A DNA stretch of 64,000 nucleotides. Origin: Lama glama (taxonomy: Eukaryota). The notes under the pieces are model-generated. The model was not told the DNA's origin. It saw only the letters and a program-made list of their open reading frames with translations, and did no database searches. The stretch is from NCBI GenBank assembly GCA_028534125.1, contig CM052818.1:14820001-14884000 (forward strand). The letters are read 5' to 3'. Below, piece after piece: positions 26,090 to 39,590 of this stretch (position 1 is its first letter; every line of letters starts with the position of its first letter). The position numbers were made by a program, and so were the translations under genes.

Positions 26090-26560
26090 TCAGCAAGAAA
26101 AATGAATAAAATAATGCCATTTGCAGCAATATGAATGGACCTGGAGGTAGTCATTCTAAGCGAAGTAAGTCAGAAAGAGAAAAGAAAAATACCGTATGAT
26201 ATCATGCATATGCGGAATCTAAAAAAGAAAAAGAAAAAAGAGAACACTAATGAACTCATCTACAAAACAGAAACAGACTTGCAGACATAGTAAACAATCT
26301 TATGGTTACCAGGGGGAAGTGGGTGGGAAGGGATAAATTTGGGAGTTTGAGATTTGCAAATGTTAACCACTATATGTAAAAATAGATTGTATAGAACAGG
26401 GAACTATATTCAATACCTTGTGATAACCTTTAATGAAAAAGAATATGAAAACGAGTATATGTATGTATATGCATGACGGGGACATTATGCTGTACACCAG
26501 AAATTGACACACTGTAACTGACTAATTAAAAAAAATCCTTCCGTGAAAAAATAAATAAAC
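26090..26560 (+). mobile_element. Cetartiodactyl/camelid L1 3' end
   Basis: aataatgccatttgcagcaatatgaatggacctggag...gggataaatttgggagtttgagatttgc...ctgtacaccagaaattgacac plus A-rich tail. Confidence 0.88.
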
Positions 26561-28270
26561 GAATACAATTTCTGTACAGCCTACAACTATTTACCAAAAA
26601 TTCCAGCCCTACTTAAGCCTTAAGTACTCCTCTAATTAAGACTGAGTGCACCCAACCCCTATAACTTGTGGCCTTTCTCTTGCCTTTTGAAACAGCCTAC
26701 ACTCTGTGTAGTATGTAGTTCTGTAAATAAATCTGTCTTTATTCAAATAAAAAGATTGAATGACATATGAAGTGAAAAGAATGAATTCTGGATATTAATT
26801 TCTCTGAAGTTTAAATCTCAAGGGCAAGAGAATCTGACTTCAGCCATTAATTTCTTTGGGCTTTAATTTGCAAGGGGTTTTAATATTTAGCCTTTCGTTT
26901 TTCTTGGAAATTTGATAATGGGAGAGAATTTATGATCAAATGTAAAGGGTCGCTGTGTTGACTGCATTTTATTACCAAAGTATCTTAATGGTGCCATGTA
27001 GCTCATTGCAAGCTCTCTTACATGTAAAATTAGACAATATTACTGAATATAATTGGTATGGAAAATAGATGAGATGACAAATTCTCAGATTTGGAGTTTC
27101 TATAATTAATACTACCTGTGGTAGTTATAAAATGTGGCCTGTTTTAAGTCCTGTCCTAGCAACTTCTCTCTCATGCAGGGCTTAGTCCTGGAAGGAAGCT
27201 CAGGTTGGTTCTGAGAGTGCACAGAGCATGGACCATTCTAGTATCATCTCATCTTCCCACAGTTCCCTTCTGTTCACCTGAGAAATGTAGCCCACAAAGC
27301 TTCTCACCAATTTTGACTGCTAGCCTCAGATGAACTCTCTGAGCTTTATACACCAAATGGGACTCCTTTTTCTGGGGGCATCTTCTGGTAATTTGATGTT
27401 TTGTTTTGTTTTGGCTTTCTCTGCTTCTTTCTACATGTAAATCTTGTTGCTTTTATGATGTGTCCCCACCAATGTATACATGGGAGCTTACTGCTTGCTA
27501 AACTCGTTATGGATGTTCATGGGGTTTAAGTTTTGCTATCCAACTTGCTCTGTTTTTATAGGAAGATATGGGGATATTAAAAACTATGCCATTTCCAACT
27601 TCCCAGAATTCCCTTTGCTTTTTTCTTGACCCCTTCATGTAGCAAAGATAAACTATATGATCAAATTCCTTTTCATATTTATTCGACATTTTCTGTCCCC
27701 TACCCCAAGTAAGTGTGACAATGTGAGTAGTTCTGGCTAGTGAAACATGAGTAGAAGTAACAGGTGTCACTTCACAGTGGTGGCAGTGACATTCTCTTGT
27801 ATCACTCCCTTGTCGTTCTCTTCTCCTTCAGTCATGAGCATATAGCCTAAAGGTTAAAGCAGCCTGGATCAATGGGACTCAGCATGGAGGACAGCAATTT
27901 ATAGTAGAGTTTGCATTAGCAAGAAAGAAACTTTTACGTTTTAAGTCACTATTCTTTTGGGGTTGCTGGTACAACATAAGCCCAGACTACCAACACTTCC
28001 CCACCTACTTCTTCTATTAATTATCCCCATTTTACCTCTTCCTCTGTAGATAGGCTCAAGTATCTCCTATCCAAAAGACAAACAAACAAGCAAAAAAACT
28101 TGCCCTGATCTTCCTGTTTCTCAAATTATCATATATCTCCCTTCTCAATCACTGATATATTTCTGGAAAGAAAATCTGTATTTGCTACCTCCACTTCCTC
28201 ACCACTCACTCAGTCCTTAATTCCTGGAAATCTGGCTTTTGCTTTCTTCTTTCTTTAGAAATCTTTTTTT

Positions 28271-28316
28271 TTACATCTTTTATTGATTTATAATCATTTT
28301 ACAATGTTGTGTCAAA
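28271..28316 (-). mobile_element. ~45-bp 5'-truncated L1 tail inside an L2
   Basis: Reverse complement tttgacacaacattgtaaaatgattataaatcaataaaagatgtaa, matching the end of the L1 at 18043-18090; TSD tagaaatcttttttt (28256-28270, 28317-28331). Confidence 0.85.
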
Positions 28317-28414
28317 TAGAAATCTTTTTTTTAAGATTATCAATGATCTCCTACTTTCTAAATCACACTCAATCCTGCTTAATCTCTCCTCTACCAAGGG
28401 CCCAAATCCTGGTC

Positions 28415-28612
28415 AAGTGGTTTTAAATCGTTTTATGATCACGGACCTCTTTGAGAATCAAATCAGATGAAAGCTATGGATCCTACTGCAAGAAAAATCA
28501 CATACACATGAATACAAATTTATATATATTTCAAATAGTTTTTGATCATCAAGCTCCTCCAAAGACCGCCCATAATAGCCTAAACATCTCTGTACTTTGG
28601 GTGAAGAACTCT
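28415..28612. mobile_element. hAT-Charlie MITE
   Basis: tcacggacctctttgagaatc...gatgaaagctatgga...gtgaagaactctg. Confidence 0.6.
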
Positions 28613-29418
28613 GCCCTCATCTGTACCTAAGAAAGAAACATAAAGTGAAGAGGGCCATTCGCTCCCACACAACAGTCACACGGGATATTCTTTCCTTTGC
28701 CGGTGTATTTTCCTGCATCACTCTGTAGATCTGTTTCTCTTCTATTGTTTGCATTTCTGTAGTGGCTTCTTACCAGCTATCTTCCCTCATTCATCTCTCT
28801 CTTCATTCAATCATGGAGTACTTGCAGAGAAAAAACTAACATTATGCTCCTGTTATCCCAGAGGAAATGACAATATAGCTAAGAAAAAGACATACATTAA
28901 AACTTGAGCAATAAAACAAGGAAGAAAATGAGTAAGTGGGAGACCTATTGAACTGTGTCCAAAGAAGAGTCAGACTTTCTGTAGGAAATGGAATGTAAAC
29001 TGGGGCCTTGAAAGATGGGCTGGGTTTTGATAGAGGGGAGAACGGCATGCCAAATAGAATAGAAGGTATTATGTAAGCGATAAGAAATATGTAACTATAA
29101 ATGAAATGTTAGAGAGACTGCAAGTAGGCTCCACATGGATTGACCAGAGAGGACACAAAGTTAGATAAAAATAGAATGGTAGGTTGAGGCCAATCCTGTG
29201 TTAGGCTTGAGAACCAGGTTAAAGAGTCTGGGCTAAATTTTGTTAATAGGGAGACACTGAATATTTTTTTGAGCAAAATCTAGGGTAAAAATGGCCCCGT
29301 AGGAAGATGAATCTGCTATGAGTGTTTAATAGAGAGATAAGGGATTGGCCAAAAGGAGGAACTTCGAACAGAACTGAAGCATTTGAGGAGAGCAACATTA
29401 GGAAAGCGGCACAGCTGG

Positions 29419-29840
29419 TGTTGCAAGCATGAAAATGCGTTGCTTGGACCTCCCTTCGGCGGGAAGAATGTAGTTAGCCAACAGCTTCCATCTGAAGCAC
29501 CTTTGGGACCTACCACATCAGTGCTCAAGCTGAGGTCGTCATGTTCCCAGCACAGCATCCCACCAATGACTGAGCACGGCAGTATCATTAGACCTCACCA
29601 TTTCCACCCAACCCAGAGCTTCTCTATCAGGCAGCCTTTGCTCTGGAGCTCCCCACTGGGCCGTCTAAGACTTTGCTACATCTGCATCAGTCTGAGGCTC
29701 TCCCAGTCCAGCCCTGTTTCTTTCCGACTTTTCTTTCGCAAGTGTCAGCTCAGCCTCCAGGTCTGAAGACTTTGCCTATTCAATCCTCCTTCCTCCCCTT
29801 TATCTCTCAAAGTGTTATACCCCACTCCCCAATTAACATA
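29419..29840 (+). mobile_element. LTR16-type (ERVL) solo LTR
   Basis: ccaatgactgagcacggc...ccatttcc...tttgctctggagctccccactgggc...ctgaggctctccc...caatcctccttcctcccc. Confidence 0.75.
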
Positions 29841-30859
29841 AAAATACTTTGGAAATGCATGCAAAGCTACACATTATAAAGTTCATACAAGTAAAAATTG
29901 ATAGCCCTGAATTAACTGTGTCTAGGAAAGGCAGACTCTGAGTTTAATCATCTTGCAAGCTAGAAAACAGAAATTTGATAATACTGATTTATGTACTGAG
30001 AAAAACACCAAGGTCACTGCAGGCTTAACTTAAGTGCTTCATATACTGAAATCTTTTTTTTTTTTCTGATTTAACTTGAGATTAAATTAGAGACTAACGT
30101 AGCTATTTGGACATTTCTTTATTTAGAGAAGCCAGTTTATTTTAAAGAGAACATTTTCATCTCACAAGTGAAAGTAACAATGGGATAAATGGGAGGAGCA
30201 GAGCAGTTCTCTGAGACAAGTAAGTGCTGCAGCTAGAGTTCAGCAAACTGAGAGTCAGTACACGTGCTGAAATGTATCCTTCAGGCAGCAAAGGTTCTTG
30301 AAGCTTCTTTTGAATATACTTTATGTCTCATGTTCATGAGACACTTCCGTGAAAATGGAAAGGCACTCCTGTCATGTCAGTGTTGAAAAAATATATATGT
30401 ATACAGAAATAACTGCCACATAATTCACCAAATTGATACTCAGAATGTAACGGAAACTCAACATGACAGACCATCTAACACTATCAGCTAACATAACCAC
30501 TCTTCCTGTTTTGTTTGATGGCGGAAGTCATAGCATAATTTTAGAGGTATATTTCGTGCGTTTACTAGCCTGGGAGAGATTAGTTGGTCACTGAGTTTCA
30601 GTCGTCCAGTGGTAATTTAAGTATGAAATTGTTGCATTAAACTTGTTTTAGGCTAACAAACAAGAATATTTGGTTGAAGTCCTGATCATTTCATGACTAT
30701 TTTTAACTGCTACCTATACAACAGTTTCCTTTTGAAGTAGAGCTTAGTAGAGTTTGATGTAAATTCAAGTTATTGCCTTTCATTAATAAAACATTTAGAA
30801 TATAATTATAGAGTCCTCTTTAAGCCCTAGAATGACCTCTCTCCTGCCAGCTTCCTAAT

Positions 30860-32720
30860 TTATATGTTGTCATTCCCAAATTATTTTTCTCCTTCCTCTA
30901 CAAATTCCCAACTTTCTACTTTACATTCACACCTTTCCCATCTTTTCCACAACCCTCCACTCTCAACTGAGGACACTGCCTTATACGTCTCTGAGAAAAC
31001 AGAAGACATCAGAAGTTGCTCATCTTCTGATTCCCAAATCTATAATTCTTCCCACACCTGTACAACATTTTCTCCTTCTTCGCTTCTATTTCAATGGAGG
31101 ATCTTCTCCCATCATTTCACTCCTGCCCTGGATCCGACCCCTCTCCCCACATCATCATCTATCCCTTTCTAATCTCAAACAAACATGTGCTAGTATCCCT
31201 CATCTGTAAAAAACTTTTTCTTGACTTTATCCTCTTTAAGCTACTTTCTCTCTTTCCCTCTCCTCACAGAAAACTTCTTGAAATAGCCTGTCTCTACATG
31301 CTGTCTCCACTCCTTCACCAACAAGTCACTCTTAAATTCTCTCCAATCCAGCTTCCCTGTCCTACTATGCCTCTGAAATTGTGTGTCAAGGTTAACAATG
31401 ACCTCTGTATCGCCAATTCCATTGGCCACTTTGGTCCTTATCTTACTTGATTCTTCAGCAGCATCTCTGTCCTTGGAAACATTCTCTTCTCTTAGCTTCT
31501 GTGATACTACTCTGTGCAGAAAAGTGTTAACATAGCAGGCCAGAGACTGTTAGCTTTTGAAGGGGCCTGTAAGGTCAGGCCTTGGCTAGCAACTGAGAAC
31601 TTGATTTTCAGGAGTGTCCCTATTGTTCCCTAAGTGATAACAGTGGCTTACCTTGCCTACGCTGAAACAATGTAGTTTATGCTGAACATCTGCTTTCCTT
31701 CTGAGAATCTGAAATTTTGTAGGCAGGAGGTGCCTAGATGGCCAGATCCCAATAAATATCTTGGTACTGTGTCTCTAATGAGTTTTCCTGGGCAGAAACA
31801 CCCCAGTACCCTACACATTGCTGCATTTTCCTTGCTGGGGGAAGAGTGTGCTCTGCATGACCCGTTACAGGAGGAAGATGGCATAAGGGAATCTGCCCAG
31901 GGATTCCTCCAGACTCCACCCGTGTCTTTTTCCTTTATGACTAGTACCATGTATTTAGTAGAGTACTGTGAGTACAACTGTATGCTGATTCCAGCGAGTC
32001 TCCTGGTGAATATCTGAATGGGGAAATGGTCTTGAGGACCCCTAACACCACTCTGTCCTGGTTTTCCTTTTCTCAGACTCTGTTCGTTTTTCTTGCTCTG
32101 TTCCACTTGGAGCCTCAAGGTTTTACTCTCTTTTCTATCTATACTATTTTCTAAGTGATCTTATTTGGTCCCTTACCATTAAACATACTAAAGTCTATAT
32201 GCTGACAACTTCCAAATTTATAGCTCCAGCTTAGTTCCTACCACTGACTCTAGAAGCTAATATCCAAAAACCTGCTTGAGTCTTCACTGAGGATCTTGCA
32301 GGCAAACTTAATATGGCCAGTATGTAACTCATGACTGCTTTTTCTCAAAACTGGTCTTGTCTTCTGTGTTTATGAATGACTGTTTCTTACATGCTATTAC
32401 CAAAGACAGAAATCTTGGAGTCATCTGTGACTCTTCTCTCTCACACCACATTCTACCATCAAATTTTGTTGGTTCTACCGCCAAAATATTTCTAAAATCT
32501 GACCATTTCTCACCATCTCACCCTGATACAAGCCATCATCATCTCTCACCAGATTGCTAAAACAGCCTCCTAATAGTTTTCTTATTTCCATTCTTACCCC
32601 TGTATAATCTAGTCTCCATTCAGAGTCAGAGGGCTTCTTTGAAAGTTTAAATCAAGTGATACCATTTTCCTGATTAAAAACTTGTCTTTCGTTTCTGTTG
32701 TTCTTAGAGTAAGTCTAAAT
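30860..32720 (+). mobile_element. L2 LINE interrupted by a MER21-like LTR
   Basis: gtcaaggttaacaatgacctc...ccttggaaacattctcttctcttagcttctgtgatac | tcctggttttcc...gaaatcttggagtcatc. Confidence 0.8.
31513..32047 (+). mobile_element. MER21C-like solo LTR
   Basis: tgtgcagaaaagtgttaacatagcagg...tatgctgaacatctgctttccttctg...gtctctaatgagttttcctgg...ggacccctaaca; flanks ctactc / ccactc. Confidence 0.82.
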
Positions 32721-33140
32721 TCTTGGCCCACTTACTAGGTTAGAAGAAAGAGTAGGTGCTCTTGCATTGTGAAAAAGCTTGGCTTGAACAAGAAACGGAC
32801 AGAAGGTCAGAAGGAGCAGAATGAATGAGCGGGGATCAAGATAAGAGATAAAACAGAAAGAGAGGAAAGGGTGTTCTCTTTCAGGACCTTGTTTTTGAGT
32901 ATTTATTACATAAATACATGCTTGCATATGGAAGCAAAAGTAATAACACAAAACTTTTCTCTAATGAATTGATCATTTACAAAATGAGTCCCTACTCAAA
33001 TATTTTCCTATGCAAAACACTAGTACTTATTTTCCCCACCCTATCTCATTTAGTGGTCCTTCAGTTGACATCCTCATCGGTATGAACTTTGAGATTGTGG
33101 TACACATCCAAAAATATTCATCAAATGTAAGTCAAATGAA

Positions 33141-33410
33141 TCAAAAAGAATTGCAAATCTTACAACAGGTATAAGATTTCATGAAGTTTATGAAAGTGAT
33201 ATTAGAGAACTCTTCAAATCACATGCAATGCTGTTGGCAAGTGAGGCTCTGCAATCATACCAGTTAGCAATAGAAGCAGAGAAAATAGAAAAAGAAGGTG
33301 CTTCAAAAAGGAATAATTTGAATATTAAGCAATTAAGGGAGGTCATTAGGAAAACTGATGGGGCTCTTGATAATTTTTGCAAAAATGACTCTCTACCTAT
33401 GAAGAGAATG
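33141..33410 (+). mobile_element. Tigger/pogo transposase C-terminal fossil
   Basis: Open frame RIANLTTGIRFHEVYESDIRELFKSHAMLLASEAL...LNIKQLREVIRKTDGALDNFCKNDSL resembles the Tigger/TIGD C-terminal pattern (GF.EVDE.DV.ELL.SH...L....LRE....D.AL..F..ND). Confidence 0.65.
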
Positions 33411-33419
33411 ATGGAAAAA

Positions 33420-34060
33420 TAAAGGACCACAGACTGGGAGAGAACAGACTGCAAATCACCTATAGGGTATACGATTTATGCCCAGAATATATAAAGAACT
33501 CTCAAAACTCAATAATGAGGACACAGGGCCCCCAAAAGGGGACAAAAGATTTTAATAGATGTGTCATCAAGAAAGATATATGGATGCTAAATTAGCACTC
33601 AAAAGGATGCGCATCATTATTAGTTATTAGGAAAATGTGAATTGGAAGCACAATGGACTACTACTACATGCCTACTAGAAAAGCTAAAAAGATTGACCAT
33701 ACCAAGTAGGCAAGGGTGCAGAGCTACTTGAACTCTCATATGCTGTTGGCAAAAATGTAAAATGGCATAACCACATTGGACAACAGCTTGCAGTTTCTTA
33801 AAAAGTTATACATATATCTACCATATGATCCAGCCATTCAACTCCCAGGTATTTACTCCAAAGGAAAGGAAATATATGTCCATAAAGACTTATGTACTAA
33901 TGTTCATAGCAGCTTTATCTGTAACAGCCAGAAACTGGAAATAGCTTAAGTGTTCATCAATAGATGAGTGGATAAGCAAATTGTAGTATTTTCAAACAAT
34001 GAAATACCAATCAGTTATTTGAGAGAAAACTATAAAACCACACCAATCTTGATGAAGACT
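33420..34060 (+). mobile_element. Old L1 (L1ME/MB) ORF2 end
   Basis: ccacagactgggagaga...cccagaatatataaagaactc...ccatatgatccagccattcaactcccaggtattta. Confidence 0.85.
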
Positions 34061-34357
34061 GTGTAGTCACTTGACCACCTGGGAATCTGTCAGAAATGCA
34101 AATTGTCAGGCCCTACTCTACACCTACTGTATAGGAAACTCTGGGGGTGGGAGCTCTCTAAACCACTGCCTTAGACCCATTTGCTAAAAGTACCAAGTGA
34201 GGGTTCTTGATATGTCAGTGTTCTTTATTCTTAGTAACCATTTATGGCTAACTTAAAGATAAATTTATTGGAAAGTATCAGGTAACTCACAGATTTGATG
34301 AGAAAATATAAGAAACATTCTCAGATAACAAGCTGCAATTAAGGGAGTCAGGGTAGT

Positions 34358-34454
34358 GGGGGAAGGGTATAGCTCAAGTGGTAGAGTGCATGCTTAGCAT
34401 GCACCAGATCCTAGGTTCAATCCCCAGTACCTCCTCCAAAAAAAAAAAAAAAAA
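34358..34454 (+). mobile_element. Vic-1-type tRNA-derived SINE (camelid)
   Basis: gggggaagggtatagctcaagtggtagagtgcatgcttagcatgc...ggttcaatccccagtacctcc, with A and B boxes and poly(A); TSD aagggagtcagggtag (34341-34356) / aagggagacagggtag (34455-34470). Confidence 0.9.
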
Positions 34455-35164
34455 AAGGGAGACAGGGTAGCGAAACAGTCTGGTTAAGATGATGCTGCCA
34501 CACCAACGTATGGCATCTCTTCTACTTGCCATAGTGGTCACTGTAGGCAACCATCTCTCTGTGATAACACAGCCATGAATGTCAGACTGCCTATACTATA
34601 GCTACCATAGATCCAGCATCATCCATCATCCCTTCACCTTGGCATTACTTGCTCAAGATTCAAAGTACATGGTGGCCAAGCCTGGGTCACAAGGCTGTCA
34701 GGGGAGTGAGTACAGGGTGACTCCTTAGGCTTCAGAAGTTAGAACTTACTTCTTACCAAGTCCTAGACAATGGGGGATTTCCCAAATTTAGCACATGGGT
34801 TCAAACACTGAGTAGTCAAAGACAATTACAGATGCCTACTATTGTAAGTGTTCTGCATAAAGTAAATTAGGTGTATTTTTGGCAGGACCATATTCTAGCA
34901 GAATCAGTCAAATACATTCTTGTATTACTAATTATGGACTATCCATAAAAGAACTATCCATAAAATTTACTCTTTCTTCTTGAAAGATACGTCTTCTCAT
35001 TCAAGTGTTGGCTTACAGTGGACCACAAGAGTGGATGGTACCAGTATGTGCCTTTCTATTCCATGTTTGAGAAAAGACTATTAATGAAATGACTGGGTTC
35101 CGAACATCGCTACTTTGACTAAACTCTTGGTGGCCTTCAAGTGGTGTTATTTAAAACTGAATTA

Positions 35165-36477
35165 ATTGGACATTCATAGGCAAAAATACAAACTTTAACC
35201 TAAATGTCACACCTTGTACAAAAATTAACTCAAAATGGATCATGGACTTAAATGCAAAATACAAATCTATAAAACTTTCAGAAAAAAAATCTCTGAATCT
35301 AGGACTAGGCAGAGTTCTTAGATATGACACCAAAAGTTTGACCCACAAAAGGAAAAGTTCACAAGTTGGAGCTTATCAAAATTAAAAACTTTTACTTTGC
35401 AAAAGAGACTATGGATGAAGAGGATGAAAAGACAAGCTATAAACAAGAAAATATATGCAAGTCATATATCTGACAAAGGAATCATAACTGGAATATATAA
35501 AAAACTCCCAAAACTCAAAAGGAAAAAACCAAGCAATCCAATTAGAAAGCAGATAAAAAACAGGAGCAGAAATTTCACCAAAGAAGACATGAAGGTGGCC
35601 AACAAGCACATGAAAACATAATTAACATCATTAGCCATTTGACAAATGCAAATTAAATCCACAATGAGATATTGCTACACACTAATCAGAATGGTTAAAA
35701 CAAACAGTAATGGCAACACCAAATGTTGGCAAGATACAGAAAAACTGGATTAGTCATACATTGCTGGTGGGAATGTAAAATGGTACAGCGACTCTGGAAA
35801 ACAGTTTGGTGGTTTTTTATTTATAAAACTAAACAAAGCAACCCAGCATGACCCAGCAATTGCAGTCCTGGGCATTTATCCCAGAGAAATTAAAACTTAT
35901 GTTCACACAAAAACCTGTAGATGAATGCTCATAGCAGCTTTATTTGGAATAGACAAAAACAACCCAGATGTCCTTCAGTGGATGAATGGTTAAACAAACT
36001 ATGGTACATCTATACCATGGAATGCTATTCAGCAATAAAAGGGAACAAACTATTGATACATCTGACAACTTGGATGAATCTCTAGGGAATTATGCTGAGT
36101 GAAAAGAGCCAATACCAAAAGGTTACATCCTGTTTGATTTCATTTATATAACAGTCTTGAAATGATAAAATTGTAAAAATAGAGAACAGATTAGTCATAC
36201 CCAGGGATTAGGGACATGGCAAGGGTCAGGGAAGTGAATGTGACTATAAAGAGCAACAGGAGGAATCCTTGTAGTGATGGAAATGTTCTTATTCTGCTTG
36301 ACTATATCAATGTAAATATCCTGATTGTGATATTGGACCACAAATAATACCAATCATGGGAAAATAAGGTAAGGGTACAAGGGATTCCTCTATATTATTT
36401 CTACCACTACTTGTGAATCTACAATTATCTCAAAATAGAAAAGATTAATTTATAAAACAAAACAAAGCAACAACTGA
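35165..36477 (+). mobile_element. L1MD/MC-like 3' fragment
   Basis: acaaaaattaactcaaaatggatca...gaaaacagtttgg...tggatgaatctctagggaattatgctgagtgaaaa...tgtgaatctacaattatctcaaaa; candidate TSD aaaactgaatta / acaactgaatta. Confidence 0.88.
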
Positions 36478-38949
36478 ACAACTGAATTACTCAGGTTCTG
36501 AGTCCAGAAAGGCAGCCCATTCTCTATGGGTAGGGATGAGCTAACACTATTGCCATCACTACCACCAACATACATAGATACATGACTTTGTAAGCTGGTC
36601 TCAGTTTACCACCTTGTCTCTTCTCCTGCCATAATCCACACTTTCTGTGCTCCCACTGCAATGTACTCATTGCTCCTTGGCCTAACTGGGCCCACTGAAA
36701 ACTTCAGAGCTTTCCGCTACTGATATCTCTGCCTGGGATATACGTAACTAGTTGACTTCAAGACTTTAAGACCCTAATGTTGCCACTTCAGCTCACCCAA
36801 GTATTTGGTTACTGCCTGCAGCATGGTATTCATCTATCTGAAATAGCTTTTAGGATAAAATCCAAAATTCTTAACCCAGTTTACAACGTACTATGTGATC
36901 TAACTCTGCTTGCCTTCTCAGCCTTATCTGCACTCCTACTTTCTCTCCCTGATCACACTGGTCTTTTCTGAGCTTCTCAAACAAGTCAAGTTCTTTCCCC
37001 ACCTCAAGCCTCTACTCACTGTTTTCCTAACCAGATTATTTCTATTATCCTTCTCCCCAACTCCTCATTCATCAAGTGCTACTTCCTCAAAAAAATCTTT
37101 CTAGACCTCCCAGTCTAGGCTAGGCCCCCCCTGTTTTACACAATCAGAGCACCTCTGATCCTATTAAAGCATTTAACAAAATTATAATTAAATACCTAGA
37201 GCTAGAGTTGTCGAATGTCTGACTGCCCTATTAGACAGTAAGCTCAATAATAACCATACAGAAATGGATCTTAGGAAAATAGATATTTGATGTTAAATTT
37301 TAAGTTGTCTGTATTTTGAGCATATAAATCCCTTTCTCTCCCTGAACCTGTTTTCATTTTATTGACACACACATACAAAAACCTTGTGTGAATGGCTTGC
37401 TGTATGGAAATTTAGGAAAAAAGCCAGGTTCCATGTTTGGGTTAAAGCAGTTCTGGAAACAGGGACAACAGAAGCCTTGTGGTAAACAGAACTAGTTTGG
37501 CAGAAGCAAAAGTTTAGAGCTGGGAGTGACCATAAAAAAGTTTAAGTCCCCATCTTCCGAAGCTGACAGAACTACTGGATGAGGCATTGAAGTTCTCACG
37601 GTCTGTAGAAGGAAGTTTAGTTTTACCTAGAGATCTTAAGAGGTAGAAAGTTCACAGAAGACATCTTGTTACCATTTTAATTTATCTGTTTACTTGTTTG
37701 TCAATCCACTAGACAGTGAACCCCTTGAGGACAAGTTCTGTGTCATCCATTTTATGATCTCAAACTTGGCACTCAGGAGGCACTCAGTAGATGCTTACTG
37801 AATTAATGAATATATAATTCACTCTGGAGAATTAGGGATTTGATATATTACCCTTCGTATGAATCTGTAAATTTCAAAAGAGATTCTGCTTAGCACAAAG
37901 TAAAAAATTGCAAAGAGTAGCATTTCAAACATCAGATAAAATGTGTCTTGCTGGCTATTCAAATTATTCATGCAGACAATTCCATTCTCTGCCTATGAGC
38001 AAGGCCTGTTCTATTTAACATATAAAAACTGAGGGTGGGTGGAAAGAGTGTACATCCTCCTTGTGCATTAGTTATTATCTCTCCAATGACTCTATTGTTA
38101 ATTTCTTCAACTACTGTTAAAAAATACAATACATCTCTTTACTATATTTGAGTATGAGGGAAGCTGTGACCTCCTACATTATTCACAGCTTGTCAAAAAG
38201 AAACATGAAGAGCTTCAGCTGTGTTGAAAAACCCCTTTTTGCATTTAAATATCAAATAGGCTTTTTTTTTTTAAATAACACAAATTTATTATCTTAGAGT
38301 TCTGGAGATCAAAGCCTGAAACAGTTCCATTGGGCTAAACTTAAAGTGACAACATCAATGGCCACTTATGTGATATGAAGATTCTAAAAAAAGCTCTTAA
38401 TTGCCCAGATTACTCCCTTTTGTTCCCATGATGTCTAATATTTTAAAGTTAGAAGTTCACTCCTTAAAGGTCCAGTTCCAGTAGTACGGCAGACAGAGCT
38501 AATGCAGAAACCGTCTTATATAGGAATGCTACATTAAACATAAAAGTAAGTGATAACCATAGATGAGTTCACATACAGAAAAAGAAAATCTCCGGATACT
38601 AGAAACAAAGAGGAAAGGAAAGGTAGAGTGATAAGCAAGTGAGTTAACTTTGCATCAACTTTGGGGCAATGTTATTTGATCTGGAAACAGCAAATGAATT
38701 GGCTTTTACTTTACTATAGAAGTTGAAGCCTTGGACCTTAGGGTGTTGGAAGTAAAATACTGCATAAAAACAGAACTCCCCATGGTTGAATTCCTGGGCC
38801 TTTAACTTGCATGGGATAGAAATCCAAATCTTACATTTACTGAAAAATGAACAGAAATATTGGTTGGTACTAGGCCTGTCATAGTTTTGTGGATCTGGTG
38901 CAAGCGAACAAAAAAATTTCTCTGGGTTCCATGGGATTTCCACAGAATA

Positions 38950-39590
38950 AAAAAGCCATCTGAAGATGCTCTTATAGTATAAAGCATAAAATACAAGTAA
39001 ATGATCCATCAAGAACAAAAATCAACACATAGAACACTATTATTTGAAATAACAGAATGCCTACATATGATTCTCTGAAATAATTAAATAAGTATGTCTA
39101 AAATGATTAAAGAAGTCATTAGAGCTATAAAGAACAAAACTCAATGAAAAGTAGAATAGGGAGATTTGAAAAAGAACTAAGTAGAACTTCAAAGCTTAAA
39201 AACATAATCATTGGAATTAGAAGCTCAATGGACAAATTAAACAGCAGATCAACACAGATGAACAAAGAATTCTAAGAATTAGAAATAGATATGATAAAGT
39301 TACCCAGAATGAGGTAGAGATAAAAAGACTTGCAAAATATAAGTAAGAAATATCGAGGTTAGAATGAGAAGGTATGGCATGTGTCTAATGGGCATTCTAC
39401 AAGGAGAGAAAGGGAACAAAAAGTTGTGAAATTACCTGAAAATTTTGCATGACTGATGAATGATATGAATCTTTCGATTCAAGAAACACAAATCCTCTGA
39501 AAAACAAATAAAAAGAAGCCTACACTTAGCTACATTGTAGTCAAACAGCAAAATGCCTAAGAAAGAGAAAAACTGTAAGATAATAAAAAA
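38950..39590 (+). mobile_element. Old L1/HAL1 ORF1-region fragment
   Basis: A-rich degenerate ORF1: gctcaatggacaaattaaacagcaga...acccagaatg...agaatgagaagg...gattcaagaaacacaaat. Confidence 0.7.

Noticed and set aside
34358..34440. tRNA gene
   Set aside because: It has A/B boxes, but also a poly(A) tail, a TSD and a second copy at 58845-58982, so it is a tRNA-derived SINE.
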